Shown here: piece after piece, positions 1 through 12,026 of the stretch
Position numbering within the stretch: position 1 is the first letter of the stretch
Layout of the letters: every line of letters begins with the position of its first letter
NCBI GenBank assembly: GCA_965112155.1
Contig: OZ218103.1
Origin: Podarcis liolepis
Taxonomy: Eukaryota
Direction: 5' to 3' (one strand)
DNA length: 64,000 nucleotides
The notes under the pieces: model-generated
Databases searched by the model: none
The model's input: only the letters and a program-made list of their open reading frames with translations
What the model was told of the DNA's origin: nothing
Position numbers and translations under genes: made by a program

Positions 1-241
1 GATGCAGTAAAATAAAAGATTTAACAAATCATACAATTTTTGCAAGCAGTGTCATACATAGAATTTAAATGCTTTCATAGCAAAACTGTCAAACAGGTAC
101 CAAATGACTATTAATACGGGGCTGGTAAATCAAAGGTAAGAATTTTAAAGAACAGTACCCGTTCAAGTGTTATGCAAGTAATGAACTAATATTATTAACC
201 AAAACATCACCAGAATCATCATAAAAGCCTTCTCTACTTAC

Positions 242-371
242 CAGCTCTTCCAAACTAATAAGCTTTCCAAATTCATCAGGCAACTGATTTAATTCATTGT
301 GCTGCAGAAGCAGACTTCTTAAATGTTTTAGTTGGATAAGCTCCTCCGGTATATCTTTTAGTCTATTATGG
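242..371 (-). CDS. LRRC40: LRRC40 coding exon 4 (gene continues off the left edge)
   Basis: Encodes (S)HNRLKDIPEELIQLKHLRSLLLQHNELNQLPDEFGKLISLEEL, leucine-rich repeats; CAG acceptor and GTAAGT donor; 130 nt, phase-consistent. Confidence 0.93.
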
Positions 372-410
372 CTGTTGATAAAATAAAAATTATGAAGAAA
401 TGCATTAGTA

Positions 411-747
411 AAGAGGGAAAGGGACCCCTGACCATTAGGTCCAGTCGTGGCCGACTCTGGGGTTGCAGCGCTCATCTCGCTTTATTGGCCAAGGGAGCCG
501 GCGTACAACTTCCAGGTCATGTGGCCAGCATGACAAACCAGAGCAGCACACGGAAATGACGTTCACCTTCCCACCAGAGTGGTACCTATTTATCTACTTG
601 CCCTTTGACGTGCTTTCGAACTGCTAGGTTGGCAGGAGCAGGGACCGAGCAACGGGAGCTCACTCCGTCGCAGGGATTCGAACCGTCGACCTTCTGATTG
701 GCAAGTCCTAGTCTCTGTGGTTTAACCCACAGCGCCACCCGCATCCC
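411..747 (-). mobile_element. Sauria SINE (lacertid type)
   Basis: Reverse complement starts GGGATGCGGGTGGCGCTGTGGGTTAAACCAC, has a B-box-like GGTTCGAATCC and ends GGGGTCCCTTT; TSD aatgcattagta (399-410) / aatgcatcagta (748-759); near-identical to the copies at 38357 and 56983. Confidence 0.9.
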
Positions 748-946
748 AATGCATCAGTACTTTGTTCTAAAACAATCTTGCCTGTTGATTTACAAATGTT
801 ACATGTCCACAAGAACCTACTATCTACACATAACTAAAAACTAATGTACTTAAACTTTCCTCACCTCAATCTTCACTTTAAAGATCTTTAAACTTTTTCC
901 ATTCCTTAAACATGTTCTGTGTACAAAGTTTGTACAATATATTTAC

Positions 947-1020
947 CTCACATTAAGTTTCTGGAGATTTTCCAGTGTTCCTATAGCAGAAGGAAGAGAT
1001 GTCAGTTGATTATCATGCAC
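947..1020 (-). CDS. LRRC40: LRRC40 coding exon 3
   Basis: VHDNQLTSLPSAIGTLENLQKLNV(S); TTTTAG acceptor, GTAAAT donor; 74 nt; too short for the ORF track. Confidence 0.93.
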
Positions 1021-1384
1021 CTAAAAATAAAAAGAAATTGTCAGCACTTTTACTTACTTCAAAAAAGCAAGAAATCAATTGCTCCCTGTACCAAACAGTT
1101 TAGGATCCAAGCATTACCATCAGCCACTGCATTATATTCTGAACTATGTCTGAAAATATGGTGATAAATAACAAAGCTCTTTAAATCTTTCCAGTTTTTA
1201 TTTAACACATTGTTAGAGTGTGTTTATTTATTTTACTTATTTCGTAAAATTTTTATACTACTTGATTGCATGAACACAAAAATGTATCTTTAACATAAGA
1301 TCTATGCATATCCCTGAAGATTACGAAACACAACAAAGCTCTTACAGAATGAAAGAGGCCTATTTCCCTCACTTTTCATCATCA

Positions 1385-1840
<456 letters not shown>

Positions 1841-2230
1841 TGAGATGAAGCAGAAATGGTTGTATTCAACTCCCCCGCCCCTCAAATGAAACCCACCGAA
1901 ATCAATCGATCTCGCGTTAGTTAACTTCAGTGCTCCTACTCCGAATAGGGCTGGCGCTGGATGCAACCCAAGCTCTCCTTTTCCCTTCGCCCAGGCTTAA
2001 GAAATAATAAGCGGGTTCTTCCCCCAGTTGCCAACCTCCATCCAGCCCCCCACAGGAAAGGCACATTATAAAACTTCAGAGGGATAATAAAATGATGGCC
2101 AATGCCCATTCAAATGTTCCCAAACTGTGGTAGACAAGAGGGAGTGGAGCAAAAAATAAAGAGACCAAAGATACAGAATGTCTGTGGAAGAGGGGAGACC
2201 CTTTTCGGACTGTGAGAAAATATTATGGTC

Positions 2231-2398
2231 AAATGAAATCGCAGGCAGGATTTGAAATATAAGCAAAGGAAGGAGAATAATAAATCATCATTATTATTTA
2301 TTTGTACTCCATACAAATACTATAGACAAATGAAATCGCAGGCTGGATTTGAAATATAAAAAGGAGAATAATACTTATTTGTACCCGGTACAAATATC
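2231..2398. repeat. Imperfect tandem duplication (about 96-nt period)
   Basis: aaatgaaatcgcaggc(a/t)ggatttgaaatataa...ggagaataata...ttatttgtac..tacaaata occurs twice. Confidence 0.75.
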
Positions 2399-2614
2399 TG
2401 ACTAGATATAATGAAATTAATACAAATTATATGTTTTAGGGGGGAGAAGTATTTAAGGCAGTAGATAAAAGATTTGAGTGGCAACCTCACAGAAGGGTAG
2501 GGAGTCAAAATGTCAAGAGAACACTGTATTGAAATTGAACTGCATTTGTTAAATTGTGTGGAATTTTTTTTAAAAAAATATTAATTATAATTATTATTAT
2601 TATTAAAAGAGGGA

Positions 2615-3300
2615 ATGAAGCCGCCCTCAGCTCAGCACACGCCCCTGGAGTGCTCGGGCCCCAACCAGCGCTCTTTCCTCAGGAATAAAGCGGGAAGCAG
2701 CCGGGCGCGACCTGAGGGGAAGACGCGGCCTCCGCAGCCGACAGGTGGGGACCGCCCGCTCCCCTCAGGAAACGCAGCGCAGCGGAGGCGGCCTCGGCCC
2801 GTGGAGACGGGGGAATCCCAGCGGCGGCCCCGCTCACCTTCGGTCAGCCCGCGGCCAGAGAGGTTCAACTGGCCGCTCTTCCGCGCCGTCCGAATCAGCC
2901 CCTGGGGCACAGCCGCAGCGCCGTCGCCCGCGCCCCGCCTGAAGCCCGCGAGAGAATCTCCCGCGCCTCTTCTTCGCGCCCCGGACATGGTCTCTGCCGA
3001 CCCGCTCGGTTGCCCGCACCGGCTGAGCCCCTCGGAGCGCGGCGCAATGCTGGGTTGAAACGCGGGCCCGCCCGCCTTTGCTCGCGTAGTAGGCGGTTGG
3101 CGCCTCCTCTTCCGCACGGGGAGGGGAGCGGCCCCAGAGGAAAGGTCTGGCTGAGCTCCCGTCAGAACTTTAGCCGAGCCGGGACTTGCTTTTTTTATTT
3201 TAACCGGGAAGCACAGCAAGATGGCTATTGAGTATATGTCGGCGGCTTTTCTCCCTGAAAGTATGCACGCTGAAGTCATAAATAAGAAGAGCCTGTGTAG
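2615..3300. promoter_or_regulatory. CpG island / LRRC40 promoter, probably bidirectional toward SRSF11
   Basis: High GC and CpG over LRRC40 exon 1; ETS-like CCGGGAAG (3204-3211) and YY1-like CAAGATGGC (3217-3225). Confidence 0.75.
2838..2988 (-). CDS. LRRC40: LRRC40 coding exon 1
   Basis: ATG at 2988; MSGARRRGAGDSLAGFRRG...VPQGLIRTARKSGQLNLSGRGLTE; donor G|GTGAGC; 151 nt, phase 1 joins exon 2. Confidence 0.94.
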
Positions 3301-4224
3301 TTGGTGGACTGAGTGGCAGAACTCACTGAGCCGCCCCACCGAATGGACCTTGGGCACAATGAAGTGTGCGTGCAAGATGCAAATTTAGTATCTAGAGACG
3401 AAGGTCTCCCAAGCCTAAGGTGCGACTCCCAGGCAGGCATCGCCTCAGCTTTTTACGAATGAAACGCTGTTTATTCCGCTCACCATTTCCTAAGAGGCTG
3501 TTCTGAGCCTGTGGAAGAGTTCTGATATACAAGTCGTGTTATAAATGACATTCCGACTCTAGGAATAACTTTATACATGAGCAACTCAGGCTAGCATCTG
3601 ACGAAGTAAGACTGTAGTCCACAATGTGCGGGCATTGGGTTGCACCATTATTTATTTATTTCCAGTTTCGATAAGCATCGGATGTTTTTTACAATCCCAG
3701 TGTGGGAAACAAAGTACCGGTAATAACAAGGAAGCAAAACGAGATACAAGCATTGCAAAAATGATATAAACAGGTCCTACGAACAACTCAACATTTCTAT
3801 TGTAAGGTTAAACAAGAAAGCTATAGCAACAAAATTGCTATTGCCAATTTAACCAAACACCCAGGTAGTGTATAAAGAAACAAATCATTCAAACTGAATA
3901 AACAACCAATGGTCTTAGCAAACTCCTCTGTTCCCTCTCACAGAGGGCGTGCAAAGAGACTCTCTCTGTTGCTTTTGAATTAACTTAACATGCATCTTCC
4001 CCTACCCTTAATGAATACTTAGTCCAACTTTCTGTCTAATGGCTGCTAAACAACCCAAGGAGCTTGTAATGCAAATGGACCCTGCTGCAAATTAAACACA
4101 CAGAGAGATAAACAGATAGAGAGAGATAAGACTTGTTCACTCCAGTTAGCCCTGTCCAAAAGCTAAGGCAGCTCACAACCCCAGCGCTAAGTAGCTGCCT
4201 TAGCAAATACAGTAGCAAAGCGTT

Positions 4225-5230
4225 CAACGCGACACGCCTCCGCAGAAAACCTAAGCGCGATTACCGCTTCGAAACCAAAGGCACATCCCACGCATGCGCA
4301 ACAAAGTGTTCTAAGGAACCCACACACACGCGCGCTCCGCAAAGAATCAGCGGGAGTGGGCATGCGCAGGACGCTAGTTCTGCGTGTCTACCGCGGCTGG
4401 GCGGCTTGCTTTGAGCAGGCGCAGGACTGAAAAGGCTCTTGCGCCGAGGAGGCGCGGGGTAGGGCCGCGGAGGGTTGTGGGATATTGCGGCCCAGGCTGG
4501 TTGGTGGCGAAACGATCGCTCGGCGGCAGTTAGTTGCGTGCGTGACGGGACTGCGATAGCTCGACGGAAAGCACTGAGGGACACAAGGAGGAGGCCACCG
4601 TCCGGTTCTCCAGGGTCGTGGCGACCCCCTCTCCCCTCGATGTGTTTGTAGTGACGGGGGCAGGAGGAGGAGGTAGCGCGATGGCTTCAAGCAGCGGCAC
4701 CGACGTGATCCAGGTCACCAACGTCTCCCCGAGCGCCAGCTCCGAACAGATGCGGACTCTCTTCGGCTTCCTGGGCAAGATCGAGGAGCTGCGCCTCTTC
4801 CCTCCCGAGTGAGTCCCGCGCGGACGCCCCCTCAGGGGCCGCTTATGGCCGCCGCAGTCGCGCCTCATACAGGCCTAGGCCTCAGGGTGGCCTAGTGGAG
4901 GCCGCGGAGCCTCGCGCTCGGCTGCCTCCGAGCGCGGCGCGCCTACCAGGCCCAAATTGGTGGGGGCGACGACGGAGGAGGAGGAGCAGCTGGGCGCGAG
5001 GTTGCGAAGGCCGCCATTCTCAAAGCCATGGTCTCGCCTCACCATCTTGCGCTCATGGAACTACAGTTGTCCCCCCCCCCCGCCATTACACTTCTCTTCA
5101 GGGGGCGAAAGCGACGCCATTAGTCGCTTCGCGTTCCTTTCCCCAGCCGTCTCTTTGAGACGTAATTTAAAGCCGGGTTTGAAGCAGGTAGAAAAGGGTA
5201 TCGTGGCGAGTACTTCGCCGTGGACCTGCA
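4225..5230 (+). promoter_or_regulatory. CpG island / proximal SRSF11 promoter
   Basis: CpG-rich; two NRF1-type GCATGCGCA motifs (about 4290-4300 and 4358-4368) and a GC-box-like GGGCGG upstream of the first coding exon. Confidence 0.8.
4681..4808 (+). CDS. SRSF11: SRSF11 coding exon 1 (RRM start)
   Basis: MASSSGTDVIQVTNVSPSASSEQMRTLFGFLGKIEELRLFPP(D); good Kozak gcgATGG; donor GA|GTGAGT. Confidence 0.95.
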
Positions 5231-8201
5231 AGGGTTTCTTAACTCCCAAGTTGTTTAATAGGAAAGGAACAATGGAGTGACTTCTGCCACCACAGTTAAG
5301 CTGGCGAAATGAAGAGAAGTTAATCTATAGTGGACTTTGCTGTGTGTAAGGACCGTGCGCTCAACTTCGTTCAGTTTAGGATGTGCTCAAAGAGGGTCGC
5401 CCCCCCCCCGTTTGTAATTGTGCCCAAGCTCCGTGTGTTTGGTTTTTTTCCTAAGCCAGGTGACTGAAAATGCTGAAATTAGCCCAATCCTTCAGCTGAG
5501 CGTAATTTATGGAGACAGTAACACATTGATTGATTTATTAAATACACGTGCTGCTCTTTCAGAGGAGCCCAAATTTATATTTGCACCAACAAATGTTCAC
5601 AATATGTTATATAAACTGTACTGTGAACACCCCTTGAACTTGATAAGGGTATTTATTGTATAAAAGGCGCCTTTATTTACACTTCTGGTGAGTGATTTTT
5701 CTTACTGGCAGTATTTCACTGATGATTTTTGTTACCTGGTTTAGCATGGCCGTATAGTGCAAGTTGCAATGTTACATATACACACTAGCAAGAGGTTTGT
5801 GTGACTCCAGTCCCATTTTATGCTATCTACAAACCATACACTTTAATTTTTAAAGTTAACATGCACTGATAATGCCGAAAAGCAGTAATCTATACTGTCT
5901 GCAAAATTTTCAAAAAATAAGGTTATGTTGGTTTGTAAATGAAACCTGGGAGCAGGAGAACATTGGTAAGGCCTCCCCCCTCTAGCGCCTCCATATTATT
6001 GCTTTTAGAGCTCTCCAGGAGTTTAAGGGCAAAGATCTGAAGTGGGGAACCTCCTCAATAAGTGCCCTGCAATGTGCAGTCCTTATTAAAATCCCAAGTA
6101 CTTTATACACTTTGGCAAATGTTAGTCATGTGGAAGTTTAGTTTTAAAAAATACAGTAGACAATGCAAGATTGACTTCAGCCAACCTTCCTTGCTCTAGA
6201 GCTCTATTATTTGTCTGATAGGGTGTAAAAACCATGTGTAAATCATATTTATACCTGCTGTGACTAACAGGGTCTGTTGTCTTGTCACCACCTGCCACAG
6301 TTCATTTCTGTGAGCCACATCTGTACATAATGTTAAGTAAATATTAATTCTCAGCCTCATCAATTAGTGTTTTCTGTCAATTAAGCTAAGGCTGCAATCC
6401 TATATACTCACTTACCTGAGAGCAAGTCCTAGTGAACTCAGTAGGACTTACTTTAAGTAGATATTAAAGGATTATTTTGTAAGACTGGAATATACGTACA
6501 CTTGTGAGGGAGTATATTTTAGAAATAGGCAGTAGAATGTGTTTTTCTGGAAAATGTAATAATACTATAAATTGATTGATATCTTGATTTGACATGTTTG
6601 AGTACAGTTAGTAAATACAACTTTTTAAAAGTATGGATTGTTTCCAAGGCTGCATCAGTTGGGTATCCCCCAACCCTGGAGGGGTGATTAGATTCTGTTG
6701 CATGCATGGAAGTCCCTTGCTTCAGCAGAGCTAAGGTGTTGGATCTGGCCCTAGGTCATATTAATCTTACATGCCGAAATACTCTGTTAGGGAAACATTA
6801 AGCAAAATGCAGTTATGCTGCAATCCTAAGCACACTTATCAGGGAGTAAGCACCATTAGCTAGAATGGAATTTACTTCAAAATAAGTAAGTACAAGTTCA
6901 AACACATTCAAAATTTTACTTGGAGATTGTTTTTATTGGATTCAATTACTCATAAATGTTTTAGGATAGGACTTGGGAACTCAATAGCATGTACTTCACT
7001 TGTTTAAAAGTTAAGGAAAGTAATATAGGTTTCACACTTCTCAATATTTAGGACAACAGTATGTTCCATTGAAAATAAGTGTATTTATGAATTTAAAACT
7101 ATGAGTGGTATATAATGATATAATTATTTGTTTATTTAAAACACTACTATACCACCCTTCATCAATAATACTGGGGTATTTTAACAGGATAATACTATTC
7201 CAATAAGAGCAATACAATAAAATACATTACAGTCCACAGTGGACCAGCCAGATCATGCCCAGGCTCCATATTAACAGCCCACAAATAGGCATTTATTGAA
7301 GAGTGAAGAGGTAGGTCTCTAGACAACATTGAAAGCCTATCAGAATTAATGCTTGTTTTATTTTGGGGGGTGGGGAGGGACATACTTAGAAGCTGGGCAC
7401 AATGATGGAAAAAGCCTTCTTGATAGTCACAAGATGCAGTTCAGCAGACTACAACACAAGTGGGAGGGCTCTATAAAAGTGCTTAGCACTCAGACAAGTC
7501 TATGATATCCAACTCCAAAGCTGTTTATATTTAATGTGCTTCTGCTTCTAGACAAAGTTCATTAAAACTTTAAAATTGCCCAGTTTGACTGATACTAGGT
7601 CCATTATTTTACTAATTAATTTCAGGAAGCAGAAGGTGTATTGTTAGAAGTGAAGAAATGTTCTGCTACATTTCATGCAGGATAAACCTTCTAGCAACCT
7701 CTGTAGATTGAAAAATATGTTTGTTCCAAATTAGGCCAGACTAGGTGCATGACAGAATCCTGTGTCAGTCACCTATTCCTTGTTTTGAAATCTGTCTGCA
7801 ACTAATTTTAGATGGTGATGGGAAATTGAAATGATGAATTTTCTACCTTTACCACTAGATGTCTCTTCCTCCAGAGATAATGGTATTGTGCTGCTGCCCA
7901 AATGATGCCCTAGTATGGTATACACATCTATTGTGCAACTGTGTATGACCTTATTTTGTAATAGCGTCTCTTGATTATTATTTTTTGCATGTAGTGACAG
8001 CCAGCAAACCACAATGGTAGTAGAGAAGGCTAATACCCATCAGATCTCTTGCCTCTTGTGGCTGCTTCATTTAATGACAATGTAGTATAACATGAAAATA
8101 AAATACCATTACAACTCAATTTCAGTTTCATCTTCAGTCAAGTAATTCACTGATTTTGTTGGTCTTGCATTTAATATTCTTCCAATTTTTTTCCTTTCTA
8201 G

Positions 8202-8335
8202 TGACTCCCCTTTGCCTGTTTCTTCCCGTGTGTGTTTTGTAAAGTTCCAAGAACCTGACTCCGCAGTTGTGGCTCAGCATCTGACAAATACTGTATTCGT
8301 TGACAGAGCGTTGATAGTCGTACCATATGCAGAAG
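8202..8335 (+). CDS. SRSF11: SRSF11 coding exon 2 (RRM)
   Basis: DSPLPVSSRVCFVKFQEPDSAVVAQHLTNTVFVDRALIVVPYAE; polypyrimidine tract + TAG, donor G|GTTTGT; 134 nt. Confidence 0.96.
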
Positions 8336-10683
8336 GTTTGTGAATTGTTTAATGATCTATGAAGCCATAGAATAATGGTACTAAATCCTGATGTAGCTTA
8401 ATAGCATGAAGTTTAGCACGTAAAACATTGAAGCTATTTACCTATTTAAAACCCTTGGTATACTGACACTGCTTGCTTTTATCCAAAAGTGAGACAATTA
8501 ATTATTCAAGCAAAAGCTGGAACTTGCCTGTCAGTCTTTTTGCAAAGGCATTTAGAATATTGATATGTTTAAGCAGCATTATTTGAATTTTTGTTTCATC
8601 AGGCCCCTTCAAGATAAGCAGTCTTTTAAAACTGATACATTTAAACAAGATAACTTGCATTAAGTAACTTGGCATGTGTTGTCGTATGATTCATTCTCAT
8701 AGAGAGTGAGTGGAAATGTGCTGCCAGTTACAAGGCAAAGTTCTGTTTACCGTAGTTGACAATAATAATAAAAAAACACCCTCAGTACAAATTCTGGTAC
8801 ACCAAGGGTTTGATCTCAATTAGACAGAAAATATATCCAAAGGTGCTAAATGAGCACTGGGTGTTAGATCTTATTCCGCATTTTCTTGTTCAGCCTTGCT
8901 ATATTATCTAGAATTTCACTAAATAATAAACTCTTCTCTCTGTTATTTGTGTGTGTGATTTTTGTAGTGGAGAAGGCAAATGCAAAGGCCCTTCCAGATG
9001 ACTGAAACAGTGGGGTCCTCTGCAGCTACAGGGGATTCTAGACATTAACTAAAGGCCAGCAAGCACTCAAGTCCCCAAGTGTTTTCCTGGTGTAATCACT
9101 TGTTAACAACATTTTTTTCTCTTCTTTTTCTTACATTTTTAGGGTGTTACAGTAATTTGAAAACAATGAGCAGGGTTTGGGAACATAATTCAATAATTCA
9201 GTACCAAGAAGACTGCTCTTCTAACGAGTTCTATTAAACTTCTGTAGATTTCATCACAACTATTTCAAAGGCACCATTAATTGATAAACTAGTTAAATCG
9301 CTTGATTACAGTAAAATATGTGTAGTCTTGCACTTAATTCCTGCACTCACAGGCAGCTGGATCTCATGGAGGTCAGTGGGATTTAAGCAGCCTAACTATG
9401 CAAGATTGTAGCGCAAGTCTTACCATTACCTGTTTTTATAAAAATATGTTTACACATTAACAAGGCAGAGGAATATGCAGTGTGCAGACCTGGCAAAGAC
9501 CTAGTTGTAGGATATTCCTCACTGAAGCTATAAGTAGTGTAAACAACTTTTAATCCTGATCAGTTTTAAATTTCAGAGTAGAATATTTTTAGAATGTAAT
9601 TGCTTCTGCTTTAGTTTGGACAAAATAACAATTGAGATATAATTTTTCTTGCATGAACATCTACATATCAGGGCCAAACTAGATATGACAGTCTTTGCAT
9701 TTAAACATAGACTTTCCCCAGTCACATAGAAAGAGCAGTTTGGAAGTTGATCTAGAACAGTTAAAGAACTGAAGTGCACAGAATCCTTCCTGTACCTGCA
9801 GCTTAACTTCCTTGCAATCTGTCCCTCTGTGTTTTTATCCTTATCTGAGCTCTGATGCTGAAAATATGCTCAATGTTTGCAGAAAGGGGCTGTGGGGAGG
9901 TAAGAGCAGGTTGGGGTAGGTTTCAGGGGCTCTCACAGTTTTGCTTTTATTATTAAAAATGGACCCGGACACCCTTTTTATGTGATTGGGGGAGGACTGC
10001 TGCACTCATATCTAGTTTGGCTCTAATAGCAGCAGTCCTGCCCTGTCAATTTCATCAAGACTTAATTTGGCTCCTACAGAATTACCATGTTTTAAGCGTT
10101 TAATATTTTTATCTTTGAAAATACAATGTTCATTGTGCTAGAAAGATAAATCTGGCACTAAGAAATCAGCCAAATATATCACTTGAGAATCTCCTGAAAT
10201 TTGTTTAATGCAACTTAAGTAGCTATTATTGACAGGGCCTCAATTTGGTGGTGTAGGATATGTGTACAGCTGTGTAATTTGTGCGAGAACTATAATTGTG
10301 GACACAGTACTGTATAAGAATACTAGGGGTTTTTTCCTGTGAACTTTAACTACTTTGTTCTTGCAATTCTTCCACGTCTATGGAATCAAACAAACTACTC
10401 ATCAGTGGTTCATATTGCAAGAACCCCATTTCTGCTAGGTACTTAAGCATCATTCAGTGAGGTATTTCAAATTGAGTGGGATTGTTCATATGCATTGAAC
10501 CACATGCTTAAGTACTCTGCTGAATTTAGATCTTGATTTTTAACTAGTGGTGATGGGTTTAACATTACCTAACTGGAAGTATTAAAATACTGTACTGTGC
10601 TAATCACAGCTCCCTGTATCACTTACATTCCTGTTCTTTGTGTGTTCATATATCTTGGTGTTGGCTATTGCTTTGTGTTCTAG

Positions 10684-10758
10684 ACTTACACAAAGTTCAC
10701 GGTAAGGCATAGTACTATAAACTTCACTATGAAATTCAAGGATTTGGAAGGAACTCAG
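10684..10758 (+). other. SRSF11: Candidate SRSF11 alternative exon with two donors (18-nt in-frame microexon to 10701; 75-nt stop-containing form to 10758)
   Basis: U-rich tract + TAG (10681-10683); donors ACG|GTAAGG at 10702 and CAG|GTATTA at 10759; long form has in-frame TAG at 10710-10712. Confidence 0.5.
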
Positions 10759-10856
10759 GTATTAACAGTGCCTTTTGGTGGGGTTGTGTAGGTTCTTTGG
10801 TTAATGTTTGTTTATTTTGTCTGTTTCTTTTTCTTCATTTCTACACATTCATGCAG

Positions 10857-10914
10857 TATTTCATGGTTCTAACAAAGCAGCAGTAAAAAACACTTGACGC
10901 ATGAAAATTAACTG
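10857..10914 (+). other. SRSF11: Candidate SRSF11 poison (PTC) cassette exon, 58 nt
   Basis: Long pyrimidine tract + CAG (10854-10856), donor CTG|GTGAGG, in-frame TGA at 10895-10897. Confidence 0.5.
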
Positions 10915-11272
10915 GTGAGGGGCCTCATTGCTTTTTTAAAAATTGTAGTTTTATTTCTGAATAACTTTTTTCCTAAAAATGAGAGGATCAGATGCATGAC
11001 TACTTAATGGATGCAGATCTTCTATGAGGTGTCTCAGGATAAGAGGATTTTTAGTTAGATGCCAGAAATGTTATAGTTGCACTATTTGTGTGTAAACATA
11101 AATAATATCCTCTGAGACATAATTTTGCATGCAAAATTATCCCATAATCTCTATAGATAATGTTTATATTGATGCATTAATGCCCTGTATCTAAATGACC
11201 TTCCCCCCTTTTCCCACCATAACTTTTGGTATTGAAATTATGACAGCTCAGTGACAGAAGAAAGATAACAGT

Positions 11273-11524
11273 NNNNNNNNNNNNNNNNNNNNNNNNNNNN
11301 NNNNNNNNNNNNNNNNNNNNNNNNNNNNNNNNNNNNNNNNNNNNNNNNNNNNNNNNNNNNNNNNNNNNNNNNNNNNNNNNNNNNNNNNNNNNNNNNNNNN
11401 NNNNNNNNNNNNNNNNNNNNNNNNNNNNNNNNNNNNNNNNNNNNNNNNNNNNNNNNNNNNNNNNNNNNNNNNNNNNNNNNNNNNNNNNNNNNNNNNNNNN
11501 NNNNNNNNNNNNNNNNNNNNNNNN
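11273..11524. other. Assembly gap (N run)
   Basis: Run of N. Confidence 1.
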
Positions 11525-11746
11525 TGTATTTCAGAAACGCTACTGGTATTTGCAAATATATAGTACAGTTGTCTTATTGAACTCTCATATTGGGGGCTTG
11601 GGCACATTAACAGATTAAGCCATACGTATAGGGCTTTTGCTGTTGGATAAAATTACAACGATCAACATTACTCTTTGTCCCACATTGGACCTCTTTAGTA
11701 AGGTTATTCTCTATTCAGGTTAGGCAGTAAAACTAGTCCCTTGCAG

Positions 11747-11851
11747 GCTACAAGGCTGCAGAGCAGAAATTTCTCCTGAAATGGCAATATGCAGCAGCAT
11801 TCTTGGTATAGTAAGCATGACAAACAGTGGAGCATGTACTTTACTGCACAG
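11747..11851 (+). other. SRSF11: Candidate SRSF11 poison (PTC) cassette exon (alternative acceptor at 11719)
   Basis: Strong donor CAG|GTAAGG at 11852; in-frame TAG TAA (11809-11814) then TGA. Confidence 0.55.
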
Positions 11852-12026
11852 GTAAGGAATGTGCCAAAATTTAGGCATTTACATAAACACATACACATGG
11901 ACACATATGCAGAACCTTTATTTGAAGCTCTGTGGAGACCTTCATATCCATGTGACATGTCAGCAAAAGCCCTACATTTTTTCTTACCTTCGCTTAAGAT
12001 TTACAAAATTGTATGGTAGGTGTAAA

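Noticed and set aside
2615-5280. Multiple ORFs around the LRRC40 and SRSF11 promoters
   Set aside because: CpG-island artefacts or antisense shadows of real exons
6386-6900. Recurrent approximately 90-nt semi-palindrome (gctgcaatccta...acttac...gtaag...taggattg), also near 46440, 53515, 59545 and 62805
   Set aside because: Ancient dispersed repeat, too degraded to delimit or classify confidently; not a structured RNA gene
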